Shown: piece after piece, positions 1 to 12,921 of the stretch
Layout of the letters: each line of letters starts with the position of its first letter
Position numbering within the stretch: the stretch's first letter is position 1
NCBI GenBank assembly: GCA_000165425.1
Contig: CT868675.1
Location: 186,001-250,000, forward strand
DNA: 64,000 nt
From: Paramecium tetraurelia
Lineage: Eukaryota
Reading direction: 5' to 3'
Made by a program: the position numbers and the translations under genes
Notes under the pieces: model-generated
Database searches by the model: none
What the model was told of the DNA's origin: nothing
Seen by the model: the letters and a program-made list of their open reading frames with translations, nothing else

Positions 1-924
1 AGTACTTGGAAGGATTAAACTTATATGAATTAATTATGAATGTCGCTTTAGATAGAACTTAAATATTAATTATTATGAAAGTAATTTGTATTACCAATAT
101 CATAAAGCAATTGATTACTGCTGTTAGAGACATCCATTCCAGTAATATTATGCATAGAGACATCAAGCCAACTAATATAGTATTCAAAAATAAAGATTCC
201 ATAGAAGGACTAAAATTAACAGAATTTCACTTAGCAGTTCACATATATCCTTCATAGGATTTGAGAGTCTGTGGTACCCCTGGTTATGCAGCTCCAGAAA
301 AATTTAAAGATAGTTATAATGAAAAAGTAGATCTTTTTAGTGTTGGATGTATTTTCTTTAAATTGTATACATTTTCCTTGTAAATCGTATAATAGAGTCA
401 CTACCAGAGATGTGTTTCCTGGAAAGACATCGAATGAAATTTTAAGGATGAATAAAATTTGCAACATAGACTTTAAAATTCTCTAGTTATATAAACTCAC
501 TCCAGAGGAAACAGATCTTTTAATAAGTCTCCTTGAAATTGATCCAGAAAAAAGAATTAGTGCAGAAGCAGCATTATCCCATCCTTACTTTTAAAGTGAC
601 AATAGCCAAAATGACTAATAACAATTGGCTAAGAAAAAGTCAATATAAGGCCAAACAACTGGAGAAAGAAGCAATAATCTCCTTTAAAAAGAAATCAATG
701 AAATTGAAATGAATCCTGAGGAATTATAAGTAGATCAAGAATCTCCACGTATTAGTGCAATCCCCAATTTCAAAGTATTGAAAAAGGATTCTCAATTACA
801 ATCATCTCAAGCAGTAAGAAAAAGTTCCAAATTAAAAAAAAGTGAAACCTAAGAATATACTCAATTAAACCTCAACAAGTCTAGATTTTAGGCGAGAAAC
901 TCTGTTCATTAAACGATAGTTTGA
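1..924 (+). CDS. CaMK-group Ser/Thr kinase-like protein, 3' part (5' end outside window); DFG replaced by EFH
   Basis: Code-6 translation gives YLEGLNLYELI...HRDIKPTN...LKLTEFHLA...CGTPGYAAPE...DLFSVGCIF...DPEKRISAEAALSHPYF. Small introns (e.g. 81-107); TGA at 922-924. Confidence 0.85.
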
Positions 925-1110
925 TTATATATTATTTAATAACACAATTCGTATATTTCTCAATATAAAAGTGTATATTATAATTAAATTATTGATGTTT
1001 AAAAAAACTCTTTAATTATTTGAATTCAAATTTATCCTTTGACTGTAAAATTTGATATTTTATTTATCAATAACAATAAGTAAATAATTAATATATCAAG
1101 TAGTAAAAAT

Positions 1111-3965
1111 TCAAAGTAAGTTTTCAGTTTGTAAGACTATTTTTTTTATTAATTAAAAAGTATCCTAATCTTCTAGAGCAGATAGCAATCCTAAAACATA
1201 ATTACACCCTTTTAATTTAATTAATCTAATCAGAAAAATCTCAATCCAAAGAGGGATTGATACTATTTTAGAGATCCCACACACTAAAAAATCCATCAAG
1301 ATATTTTAAATTCTATTTTATAGTTATAAATTAATACAATAAAATTAGTTAAGTAGGTTCATCCTTACAAAAGTTTAAAAGTGAATAGGAAACCTAAATT
1401 GAAATAACCCGATCGTTTATTTTCTATAAGAGTTTCTATGCTAGTTTGTATTATTTAAGTCTCTTAGCGATTATACTACAATTAAATAAAAAAATGGATT
1501 CTTGTTTCAGAAACTAATTAAATGTTTGTTGCTCATCCTGATCATTAAGTGCAAGTCCAAAAATTGTATAATAATCCTTGAACTCTATTTGTTTTTCTTC
1601 ATAATGTTTATCCTTCAAAGATTCCTTTAATGAGGATGAAAAGATTTATGTTAATTTCGTCTTTGATGCTTATTTATCAGAACTATGAAATTATTGCTTC
1701 TAAGGACTTGAGCTAATATTTAATACATTATTATTATTGTAAAATAATTTATCTAGTATATTAAATGTCTAAGAGATATAATCAACAAATTCCTCAAGTG
1801 AAGGATTTAAATGATCTTTTTTTCTTTTCATTTAATCTCCAATCTCAGTTTATTTTAATAAAGGAAGATTCTTGCTGAGATGATCAATCAACCCATAAAT
1901 TTACACTATCGGGGCTTTAATTATTTTTTTTTCATTTAAATTTTACATAGGACGATTAACAACTCTCTTAAATTAACAAACAATATCTCTTTAAGACTCA
2001 ACACTTTCAAACATATTTTCTGGTATAATCGAATATGTTTGCTTGCTAAATTTTGAGGAGATTTGTTTCTAAAATTAGGGCTTTTAAGGTTTATTTTTTG
2101 TATTTTAGGTTGGTATATTGGTTAGTGAAATATGATTTGAAAGATCAAATGATTTATTGAGGTTAGATTATACGTATTCAGGTTGATCATCATCCTCTGA
2201 ATCTATATAGTTCAAAGACAAAGAACCATCAAAAATTTATTTCTAATATGAAATTATTAATACCTTTGCAAAATCTTAGAAATTTCTTTTTACATTTTTA
2301 TTTTTTAAGCTAATCTTGAAGTTCTCATAATCATTATTAGTAGCAAATGAAGAGCAAGAATTATGAGGGGTTTAAAAGAAATATAATTTTAAATATTTTT
2401 ATAATTGCTTATGCCCAACTTAAATTGACAGTTTAATTATTTCTTTTTAAAATGCAGTAAGCTCATTTTTATTTTCAAGAAGCCGATTTTATGAGATAAA
2501 ATCATAAACCTGCTTCTCAATTTTATAATTCCAATTGTTCACATATTTTTATGCTTGGTGATACCACAACTATTGATAAATAAATTAATACTTTTAATTA
2601 CTTTTTATCTAAACCCCTTGATCTCATTAAAAATTGTTAAAGTACAGGGTGACTACTCAATTAGGAGAAGCTCTCGACTTAATCAACTTCAAAGGGATTG
2701 ATTTGTACATATATATCATCTAAATCATTTAGACTGGTTAATGAATGATATTGAGTCATCACTCGGTAATTTGTGAGATGAATCTCTAACCACGTTTATT
2801 TTCTCATCTTCATTCCTTAAAGGCCTGCTGCTTTGTTTAATAGGCTCAGAGAAACCTGATAATTATTTTATTTTCTAAATATGGATGCCTAAGATAAGTT
2901 TGGCTCTTTTTACAAGAGCAATCCAAACTACTTAATTCTCATATGAGTTTGTCAGAGTATCTTGGAGGATTTAAAATGCCTGCTAATATTTGCCCAATTT
3001 GATCAAAACTTTGCCCAATATGTATTTTACCAAATTAAATTACTATACTTTTTGAGTGATATTACCTATACATGATAAGGACCTTTGGTATTATCTAATT
3101 TACATTTAGCTTTACTTCATTTTATAGAATATCATGCTTTTAATCAGATGAAAAATAACATTGCTTTATATTTTGTCTAACTCTTTAACCAAAATGAATA
3201 ATTGATGAGATTTTACTAAATGTGATACCAATATATCCAAAGGCCAACATAAATAGTATAAGACATCATTTATATCACAAAAACATTGATTGGATCTTAT
3301 TTTATCAAAGTCCTAAAATTAGTTTACGTTTATTGTGATTAATTCAAGCATTGATTCAATCATTTTGCACAATTTAGTGTTATTTTTTAAACATAGGTTG
3401 TTAAAAAATCGTCCCACTCCTACAAGCTTAAAATCTTCATCTATTGCTCGCAATATATTGCTTATGTATGCCCCATTCCAATGCTACTGTGTGGGCTAGA
3501 TCATTCTTTAGTTTTCTTGTACTAAAAATACACTTTTGTTTTTCTGGCCTTCAAACGAGGCTTCACAGACTAAGAAAGCCTTTGAGAATATGTCATAGCA
3601 GAGGTATGTCACCTTGATATATGCTCCATTTACTTTAGTAATGCTTTAAACCTTGGAGAAGAAGATGTTTTATCTCTCTTTTTCTTAATTTTGCACAACG
3701 CTTTCTAAATACGCAAAAACATCTGCCTACGATTGTGGGCACAGGCCTTAGACGAAGTGGAATGAAGAGGAGGTCTCATAGGATGATTTTATTATATTGA
3801 TGGGCTGTTGTTTGGTGATAATGCAGATATCGGGCACTCCTAATCCTTAAAGTTGATCTAAACTTATATTGAATTTTTACTAATATTTTTGAATAGATTC
3901 TCCTTGACACCATCCAATTTCTTATCTTAATATTCAAATATGTTCTTAATCGAGAGCAATTACAT
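1111..3965 (-). CDS. ChAPs family protein (Chs5-Arf1 binding, Bch1/Bud7/Chs6-like; exomer cargo adaptor-like, TPR-containing)
   Basis: N-terminal LQGLGVPDICIITK...SFHFVQGL...TYLCYDIFSK...WNGAYISNILRA follows the ChAPs pattern LGPPDL..FHYV.G..YCCYNAFS..W.E.YL.S.LRA. TPR-like WIALASIFRKQNNYQVSLSLLN. ATG 3965, TGA 1111-1113. Confidence 0.75.
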
Positions 3966-4400
3966 ATTTATTTAATTTATTTATGATTTTATTATACTGT
4001 TCTATCATTTAAAATTAAATAATTTCTATTAATTTTATAATATTCCGTCTTTATATAACTCTTCTAATTCTATTTTGATTTCGCATTTTCTTAAATCTAA
4101 AACATATCTACAACCCTTTGTTGATAGATCTTAATATAGCGTGTTAGGTAAGTTCGATAAAATTGGGTAATATAAATTAAATGCTGATGTTTATTATTTC
4201 ATTTCACGGTAAATTATTATGTAATTCATATTGTTCTTACTGATTAAAAGAGTATCCGTCAATATTTGAACCAAGATTTGCGTAGGAAACAATCGTGTAT
4301 ATATAAAAAATGAAAATTTTAAAAATCGAGGTTTTTAAGTAAATCAATTAAAAATATTTAATCATTATTTAATTATTATAATAGAAAATAGACTAAGAAA

Positions 4401-5481
4401 ATGATGAGCAGAAATCCAAATTTAGTTTGCTCTAGGGAACACCACGAATAAGCTCCTATAAGTGGTGTGTGTTTGAATTAATAATGCTAATAAAATAGAG
4501 CTTTTTGTGTTGCCTGCAAAGTCGAATTTCACAAAGGACATGAAGCAGATTACATGCATTTCCAGGCTTACCCATAATGGATTGCTACTTGTCTCAAACC
4601 TTATCAAGAATTTACACCATTTTAGGACACAGTTCTCTAAACATCAAATAAATTGAACGACGTTTTAAATCTAGCGAATAATTTCAGAAATTAAGACATT
4701 TCAACCATGTCCATAGGCTAGCTAGAATAATACACAAAAGGTCTATTGACACTGAAATCTTCAGAAGCACAATTGACTTCATTAATAAATAAAGTTAAAG
4801 CTGATATAGGTAATTTATTACTACTTTTGAAACCTATTACAGGTTAATAATCAGCAAGTCAGTAATAACAATTGATTTAATCTTAATCAACTTCAGGGAT
4901 AAAATAAGGTGGTTAATCAATATAATAAGTATAACCCCCCGTAAATGCTCAACCAACACAATTAAATTTAACATTTTCAGATAAAAGCAAAATATCCCCT
5001 AACATTAAGATAGAAAAAGGTGGGAAGTAAGCAAGTGGAATTGGATTTGTCATTTGTGATTTTGTGATTCCAAAAGATAGAGATTCAATTTTCGCATTCA
5101 AGTATAATAGTGGATTCAGCATTGCTTTGGGGCTATGCTATAAAGAGAGAACTGTTGAATAAAACTATTCAGAGAAATTACAAAAAACAGGCCATGGGTA
5201 AAGTTATTTTCCTAAATAGATTTTATTTAATTACGAGTGCCAGTATGAGTTTTTCTCATTCAGATGAATAGGTTAATAACAAATCCCACAAGTTTAAGAT
5301 TAACCCACCTGACGTCATTGCATTGAGGATCAAATCAAGTTAAAAATCGCTTACCTGGATAATTAACAAGGAAGAAGTTTTGGTAATTTTGTAAATTATG
5401 TAGACCATGACCATTGATTTAAGTAAAGAGCTTTAACCCTTCATTGATATTTGCGGAGTAGTTGATTTAGTGGATGCATGA
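4401..5481 (+). CDS. Cys/His zinc-binding N-terminus, coiled coil and SPRY/B30.2-like C-terminal domain
   Basis: MMSRNPNLVCSREHHE..GVCLNQQC..AFCVACKVEFHKGH; C-terminal beta-rich FAFK..IALGLC..GHGFYLI..DVIALRI..PFIDICGVVDLVD. Open in code 6 with small introns. Confidence 0.65.
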
Positions 5482-5561
5482 TGAGCATAAATTTATTTGG
5501 GCAATATAATCAATTAAAATTATAGCATCATATTTAATAATATATGTCCAAGCTCGATAAC

Positions 5562-6127
5562 TCAAAGCTGAAAAATAATGAAAAATTAATACTTCTCCTC
5601 CAAGTCTAAACTCTTGCCTCTTATTCTCAATTATTATTCCTTTAATAAGTGTTAAAATGTGCTTTCTTTTGTTAATTCTTCAACTTTTCTCTAATTAATT
5701 TCAAGCATTATGACGAAATCTCCCTTCTATTTATGTTGTAAAGATAAAATATCCATTATTTTGTAAGAATGATTTTGAAATGCAGATTCATTTAGGTCTT
5801 TTACAGTTTTTTCAAGAAGCTTTAATGCAAATTCTTGAACCAATAGATAAAAACATTTATCATAAGAATTAGTGGAGCCAAGAATTGAATCAGAATCTAA
5901 AATTTGATTTTGTGACATTTTAAGACTAGTTTTAATGTTCTTAAGAATAGCTTCAAGAATTTGTTAAACCTTGGATCGTAAATTTATATAATACAAAAAG
6001 TCATATTCATTCTCAATTTACCATCACATACTCTACTAAATCTACATTTTTACTAAGTGGAGTAGATAATTTTTAGCACAATCTGAATCATGTCTATAAA
6101 ATCGGCTTCCACCTGTGTATATTCCAT
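5562..6127 (-). CDS. Hypothetical protein
   Basis: Open code-6 frame MEYTQVEADFIDMIQIV...SYDKCFYLLVQEFALKLL... with tiny introns. 5' exon structure uncertain. Confidence 0.45.
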
Positions 6128-6186
6128 TTCTTTAGGAAATGGAGGTATAAAAAAATCATATTATCAATAATTAAAAATAAAAAGGC

Positions 6187-7566
6187 ATGGGTAATTGTAA
6201 TATTAATGAAAAAAAGGAAGATCTTATTGAGAATAATGGTATGAGATTATGGTTAAAATTTTAGTGGTTTCAGTTTAGAATTTTCAATTTATTGATGCAA
6301 TCGGAAGAGGAGGATTTGGTAAGGTGTGGAAAGTTAGATAAAAGAAAAATAAGTAATTTTATGCTCTTAAAGTGATGTCTAAACCAAAGTAAAAGTGATT
6401 AAAATATAGAATCATTTAAAAGAAGTCTGTGTAGTCTGTTATGAATGAAAAGACGTTATTGAGTGGGCTGAAACACAAGTAAAAATTGAAATTGAATCAA
6501 GTTTTCTGATCAACATGCAATATTCTTTTTAAGATAGAGAATACTTATATTTGGTGATGGATTTGCTCTCTGGAGGAGATCTGAGATATCACATAGGAAG
6601 ACACAGGAAATTCAATGAAGAACAAACAAGTATATAGATGTACATAAAGCAAGAGTTTTTCAGTGGGTGTATCATTGTAGCATTGGATTACTTGCACCAA
6701 TAAGGAGTATTGCATAGAGATCTTAAGCCAGAAAATTTAGTATTTGACAGTAATGGTACGTTTGATTTGTTTAATGAGACTAGGATATCTTAGATTGACT
6801 GATTTGGGAATAGCCAGAATATGGAAACCCGAGAATTCTCAAGATACAAGTGGAACTCCTGGGTACATGGCTCCAGAGGTTATGTGTAGTAAGTCAAAAA
6901 TTTGCTAATAATAGGACACAATCACGGAGTAGCAGTAGATTACTTTGCACTTGGAGTGATCATATACGAATGCATGTTAGGCAGGAGACCATATTTAGGA
7001 AGGAGCAGATAGGAAATAAGAGAACAAATGCTTGCCAAATAAGTAGTCATTAAGAGACAAGAAATTCCTCCAGGATGGAGTTTAGAGGCAGCTGATTTTA
7101 CAAATAAAGTATTATGTGATATCTTTACTTAGCTTCTATAAAGGAAGCCATAGAATCGTTTGGGTAACAATGGACCAGATGAAGTGAAGGAACACCCATG
7201 GTTCAGAGATTTTAATTGGGATAAGTTGATCACAAAATAGATTATTGCTCCATTCATCCCTAATGTTTATTATTAAACCAGATTATTAGGGCAATGAAGA
7301 CAATTATCTTCCCTCTGATAACAGACGAGATTCTGATGATTCCATTAATGAAGAGTAATAAATAATGCTGAGGAGGAATTCTGTATAGAGTATGATTGTA
7401 GGAATAAGTAGATCTGTTTAATGGATATGATTTCGACAATAACCCTGTGAGTGTTCCCAGCAGTTAGATGGTTGTGTCGAGTACTTCTTCATCTCGAATG
7501 ACCAAATAGCCAACAACTACTAACACACCGAGATCGGCTAAGTTAGCTCTAAAACTTAAAAATTGA
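6187..7566 (+). CDS. AGC-group Ser/Thr protein kinase (YANK/STK32-like) with MGNC N-acylation motif
   Basis: IGRGGFGKVW, YALKVM, DLLSGGDLRYH, HRDLKPEN, LTDLGIA, SGTPGYMAPE and an AGC C-terminal APFIP; about 9 tiny introns; TGA 7564-7566. Confidence 0.9.
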
Positions 7567-7659
7567 TTTACATTTTTGCCTTAAAATTATTATAATTTCA
7601 TATAGCATTATAAAAAGAATTAACTCCTTTTATTTTTATGAATTTCATAATTAAATTTA

Positions 7660-8017
7660 ATGGTTTCTTGTGCTTAATATTGCATGTTTATATCTGCTCC
7701 AGGATGCATATTCATGACCTATTTGGGATTTATGATAGCCATTGGATCTGAAACTGTCTATGTAGTACCTCATAGTCGAATTGAAGGTGCTTTTGCATTG
7801 TTCATTACAGCCGTGGTATGTGTTTATTCGATTAAAGCTTTACGCTATTTTTTTTGCGATCAGCTACAATAGTGAGTATTCTCAGGTTTAAAGACAACAG
7901 AATGTTGACGAGTGGATTAATTCTCAGGAAATCAGAGAAGCTGAATTGGAGATGCAAGATATTCCTAAGTAGCCTTAATCAACCCTATAAGAATCCGCAG
8001 AATAATTGCCATAATGA
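7660..8017 (+). CDS. Small two-TM protein, RNASEK / V-ATPase subunit f-like
   Basis: MVSCAQYCMFISAPGCIFMTYLGFMIAIGSETV...GAFALFITAVLYAIFFAISY. Two hydrophobic helices with the C..C...S..G...L..LG and F.AA.LY pattern of RNASEK; one intron. Confidence 0.6.
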
Positions 8018-8305
8018 TAACAATTATCTACAGATATGCTATTATAAATATCAAAGAAATATACTATAAAATGAAATATCGACAGATTTGTTTTCATTAC
8101 AATCCTCTCATCTCCATTATCAATAAACCTTGTTGATTTAAACTATTAAATAATAGGTATTGTAAAAAAATGGAGTAATTTCCCTGTCTTCATTTATCAA
8201 TGCCATCAAGTAACTTAATGAAAAAGAGATCATTTAATTGTTTAAAAATTCGTTTATATAGTTAAGAATGTGATCGCTCTCTTTATTTCATTATTTTTTA
8301 ATTAA

Positions 8306-9404
8306 ATGGGAAGTAAGATAAATTATATATTATAGATTTATGTGGAGAAGAAAGACAAGAGTAGAAATAACTCATGAAATCTAAGTTGTGCCTCTCCAAG
8401 GTTATAGGCAAGGCATTTGTACAAATACTTCAAGGTGATATTTTGTCAGAATCAGCATCAGCCATTTGTAATTTCAAATTGTCGATTATTATTAGTAAAT
8501 CTTGCTCATGATCCCTATTCTGCTCAATTCATTAAAATCTAAGTATCCTCGATAAACACTAGACCTCAACGTAAACATTTATTTTATTCCTTAGTAATTG
8601 CTGGAATACCAACAATTACTCCTTTTCATTAGAATGGAATCCCATTTGTAATTCACCTGAAAATCCCTAACAACTTTGTATTAAATACTTTAATAATATA
8701 AGCATTTACAAGATTAGGAGGATCAAATACAAGCATTTGTTGATGCATTTGAATTAGCGAATTCTTAAAATATGGAATGCATTTCATTCACAGAGCCTCC
8801 TAAAGACATAGCACAGAATCAGAAGAAGGATATATATGCAAAATTAATATTATCTGCATTCTAATTTTTCATTTTTAACTCTACTGATTCCAAGATTACT
8901 TTATTGAAAATAATAAATCCAGACTAAAATACGACTAATATTTATATGAAAGAATTACTATAAATTGCGGTGATTAGCGCAAAACAAAGTTATGATGTGG
9001 ACCACCATAACAATACTAAGGAGAAATATAAAAAATAAAATGATTAACCGCCTACTCAACCAACATTAATAAACATAGAATAAAAAGCAAATATTGAAAA
9101 CATTGAAAACATTGAAAACACTGAACAAACCTGTTTCAAAGAATAAGAACAAAAGCAAGAGGAAATATTTCAATCAGAAGATTAATAGGATAAGCAATAA
9201 GAAATAAAAATAGAAAATAATACTTAGGAAATTTAATAATAAGATACATAGGTTTAGAACGACAAATTCGTTGTTGAACCCCCATAATAAGTTAATAACG
9301 TTGAATTTGATTAAACAAATTTCATCAATGATTACTCGAAGGTTTTGGTTTCCGAAATCTTGCAAAAGTCCATAGAAAATTTACAATCTTCAGTTGATTC
9401 TTGA
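8306..9404 (+). CDS. Degenerate macro-domain protein with MGNLC acylation motif and Q/E-rich tail
   Basis: VQILQGDILSESASAILNLAH, FVIHLKIP and AFVDAFELANSQNMECISF correspond to macro-fold motifs GDIT..DAIVNAAN, VIH.VGP and L..A......SIAF. Confidence 0.55.
9093..9125 (+). repeat. 9-bp coding tandem repeat (ATTGAAAAC)x3 plus a degenerate copy, encoding IEN repeats
   Basis: Seen directly: attgaaaac attgaaaac attgaaaac actgaa. Confidence 0.8.
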
Positions 9405-10093
9405 TTTATATATTCTAGAATAATTTAAAAACAACAATCACACCTTAAAGACTTTATAGAATTATAAATAGTTTTAAGATCACTATAACATTAGCATCTA
9501 AGAAAAAAATTAATATAGACAACTATTAAATGAAAATGTTGAAAAAGCATTTATATTTGTAAAATTGATAAATTATAAAAATGGTGAAGAAAATCAAGTA
9601 AACAGAATTACAATAACTTTGTTTAAATATTTTTGAATTTATTTAAAAATACAATTTTGTTATCCGTTCTTAGAATGATTGAATACAGCATTTTATAACT
9701 TGAATCTGAGTCTGGCTCTTTCAATTATCTTTCTTAATAAAAACTATTATTTTAGGAGGTTATCTATGGTTTTTAGGAACTTATTTAATGGTTACTTAAT
9801 TTAGTAGATAAAGTAATTTAAAAAGATATACATTTATTTTTTGTTTCAAATTGAAATTTTTAAATGATATGTAACATACCCATAGATCAAGAAGATGCCA
9901 TATTGTTATAATCAAAAAAACTACTTTATAAATAATGATTATTTATCTCTATAAAAAAAAAATTATAATTTGTTAATCTACATTACGCAATAAAATATGA
10001 TATTAAACTATTGTAATTGTACAGAATATATAAAAATGTGTTTAAATATTTCGTGATATCAACTAAATCGATTAATTTTATAAACTTTTGTAA

Positions 10094-11299
10094 ATGAAAT
10101 TATGTTCATCATACGAAGTCCAAGGATTACTAAATGCAGGTATAACATACATATAGTTCTTCTAAGGCTTGGATAAAAAGGAATAGCCTATTTATGTTTT
10201 GCTCTATAATTAGATTATTCAAAATAAAAATGAGGAATTGATAGTGAATAAATTATAATCCTACTTTCAATAATTCAGACCTTTTAAGTAAAATATCAAT
10301 TAAATTTTAGAGGATTCGTCTTAATTATTTGCGCTTAGGATGACTTGGAAATAAACTCAAAGAAGGTAAAAAAATTAATAAAACAAACTATTAAGTAATT
10401 TTTCATATTATTTAAGAGACATGTGAGTTATTAGCAATTAAAGAGAATTGATAAATTAATTGTGATCAGTAGTAATCAGAATTACGGAAAGAAGGAAAAA
10501 ACAATACCTTTTACACTAAAATTAGTATTAAAGGATAAAATCCACCTAATAAACAAGTATTCCATATAAATATACAATATTAAGTGCTTCTTATCTGAAT
10601 CTTTATGATATTGAGTTAAATTAGTCAATTTTGAGGTTCATGTGCAATTAAATCGAGTTTTAGGAATAACAGGCTTTTTATGGGAGGGATTTGGATTCTT
10701 ATCCAGTTGCTTAGTCAGGACTACCTGTTTTTCTTGAAGAAATTCTGAAGTTTTATACTGACAATACGGTTCATTTGCAAAAATAGGGGATATTTCGATT
10801 GTCAGGTTCCTATGACGAAGAGATAAAATTAGTAGATTAATTATTATAATCGAATTATGAAGCTATAAAAGTTTCAGATCCGAATGTAATAGCTACAGTA
10901 TTAAAAAACTCTTTGGTTAATCTGAAAACTCCAATTTTTCCTTTTGAAATATATGCGATTCTAAGGGAAACTGATCCTTAAGCACCAATTAACCAATTGA
11001 TAGATATGTTCAGCATATTTTTTGCTCATCTACCAAAAGTTAATAGATTGATTGTTTTTAGATTGACAGAATTTATAAAGTTTGTGGCATAATTCGAGAA
11101 TGAAAATAAAGTAAGAAATAATAAATATGGATAGATGGGCCTTCACAATTTATCAATAATATTCGCTCCATGTTTTTTTAGAACGAAGAGTGCAAATGAA
11201 TTAGATATTCAAGGTGCGAAGACTATAGTTTTACATTTCAAATCTCTAATCCAAAATATTGATGAATTTTTAGAATAATAAAAGAAACTAAGCTAATGA
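10094..11299 (+). CDS. RhoGAP with N-terminal BCH/CRAL-TRIO-like domain (ARHGAP1/p50RhoGAP-like architecture)
   Basis: GLDKKEQPIYV (BCH start), LPVFLEEI, QGIFRLSG (arginine finger), DPNVIATVLK, NKMGLHNLSIIFAPC. Confidence 0.85.
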
Positions 11300-11300
11300 T

Positions 11301-12312
11301 TCAATATTTAAATTTGATATTGAGATTATTAATTATAGTCTAAATCTAGTTATGAATGATTTTGTTTTTATTTTAAATAAGTGGAAATGGTCCGAATTTT
11401 TGTTCTATCAATTCCATGCTACCTTCTGGCAATAGTTGATTTCTCATAATTCTTTATTGAAACAGCAACTTGGGACTCAAAACCCTTTTGTGTTTCATCT
11501 TGTTCTGTTCCATTTTGAGATTATAAATTTCATCTGTAATCTAATAAAAGAATGAGTGATACTTTATGTTCAAGTTAACGAATTCCATTGGCTTCGGTTT
11601 GTATTTATAGTTCATCGATTTTTTCAGTTAAAAAGTTGATATCCCTAATAATGTTGAAGTTATAAGTATCAAGGGAGAGAAGAGTGGTTCCATCCATTAC
11701 ATGTTCCTTGATACAGATGTTTTGTTTCAAATGAAATACTGTTAAAGGTTCGATAATTGTTTGTGTTTCTAAATTGAATAACAATTTTGAAAGGGATTTC
11801 TTTAAGCCGATCAGTTTATAGATTTGTAGATAAAACTTTCTGTTGTTATTCATTTCATCCCTCAATTTCAATAATTATCCAACAAGTTTAAAGAGAGATT
11901 CATTAAGCATTTAAAGTTTCTCACTGTTCAACTCATCATATTAATCTTGTACTTGAGCTTATTTGCCTAAAATTGTAGATCTTTGAGATGCGAATCTGGC
12001 TCTGGTAAAGGGCTTTTATCTGGATGCTGATTATTATGTAGATTGATTCAATTCTTTTACTGAATTGCTAGCAAAAAGATTTTGCCTCAAAGGGGTCTTT
12101 TTGGTTTTGGTTTTACTTAAAATCAAGTTTTTGAATATCCTTTTATCAACATCCTTTCTATCACTCATCATTTATAATGAACTTAAATAGGCATTAATGT
12201 CTAAATTTTCAGCTGTTGATCTTCTCCTATCTCTCTCTGTTAAACTTTCACATGAGTGATTTGTGCTTCTAAAGAGACTCTTTATTGACGATTTATTTAG
12301 ACAAACCAACAT
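11301..12312 (-). CDS. Hypothetical protein
   Basis: Continuous code-6 frame from MLVCLNKSSIKSLFR with one 22-nt intron (11541-11562); TGA at 11301-11303. Confidence 0.65.
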
Positions 12313-12921
12313 TCGATACTAATTAAATTAATTTATTAAAAAATGGTTTTAAAGTTAATAATAATCTATGATGAAAATAAACTAAATAAATTTTAAGTTC
12401 CTTTGTTTAGTATTATAATTAAAAACCATTGTTTTTTAGTCACAATTGCTCCTTATATATATATTTTGATCAATAACATTCGATTTCTAAGAATTTCAAG
12501 AATTATTCATAATCTATAATAGAATTGATGAGTTTTTCAAATGAAATCTAATTATGTTTGAATCAGTGTAGATAATTATATTTTAATAGTAAATTTGAAC
12601 AGAGAATATAAAATAAATCATACTGAAATCATTCAATATCAAAATATTTACATATATTATGAGTTGATTATCCTTATCTTATTAAGAGACCCTTCTAAAT
12701 ATGATTAGATTCAAAATAATTGTTATGTGAAAGACATTTATGCTTTAAATATAATAAGAATAAAGTATTAATGGAAAGATTATGTTTTATATAGATTGAA
12801 TTATACATTTGCATAGAATTATTAAGTGAAGAATTTGAAATGAACACGACTATTAGTTAAACAAAAACAAAATAAATGAAATTGTTTTGATGTGATTAAT
12901 TAATTAATTAATCGATAATTA

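Noticed and set aside
8095..8285. Short inverted repeats between the RNASEK-like and macro genes (possible snoRNA)
   Set aside because: Stems of only 7-10 bp and no convincing C/D or H/ACA boxes.
10620..10690. Apparent frameshift between the BCH and RhoGAP domains
   Set aside because: Recounting shows the 28-nt intron 10557-10584 puts the linker in frame with the GAP domain.
12894..12913. 20-bp perfect palindrome GATTAATTAATTAATTAATC upstream of PIG-B
   Set aside because: A simple (TTAA)n run, expected in such AT-rich DNA.
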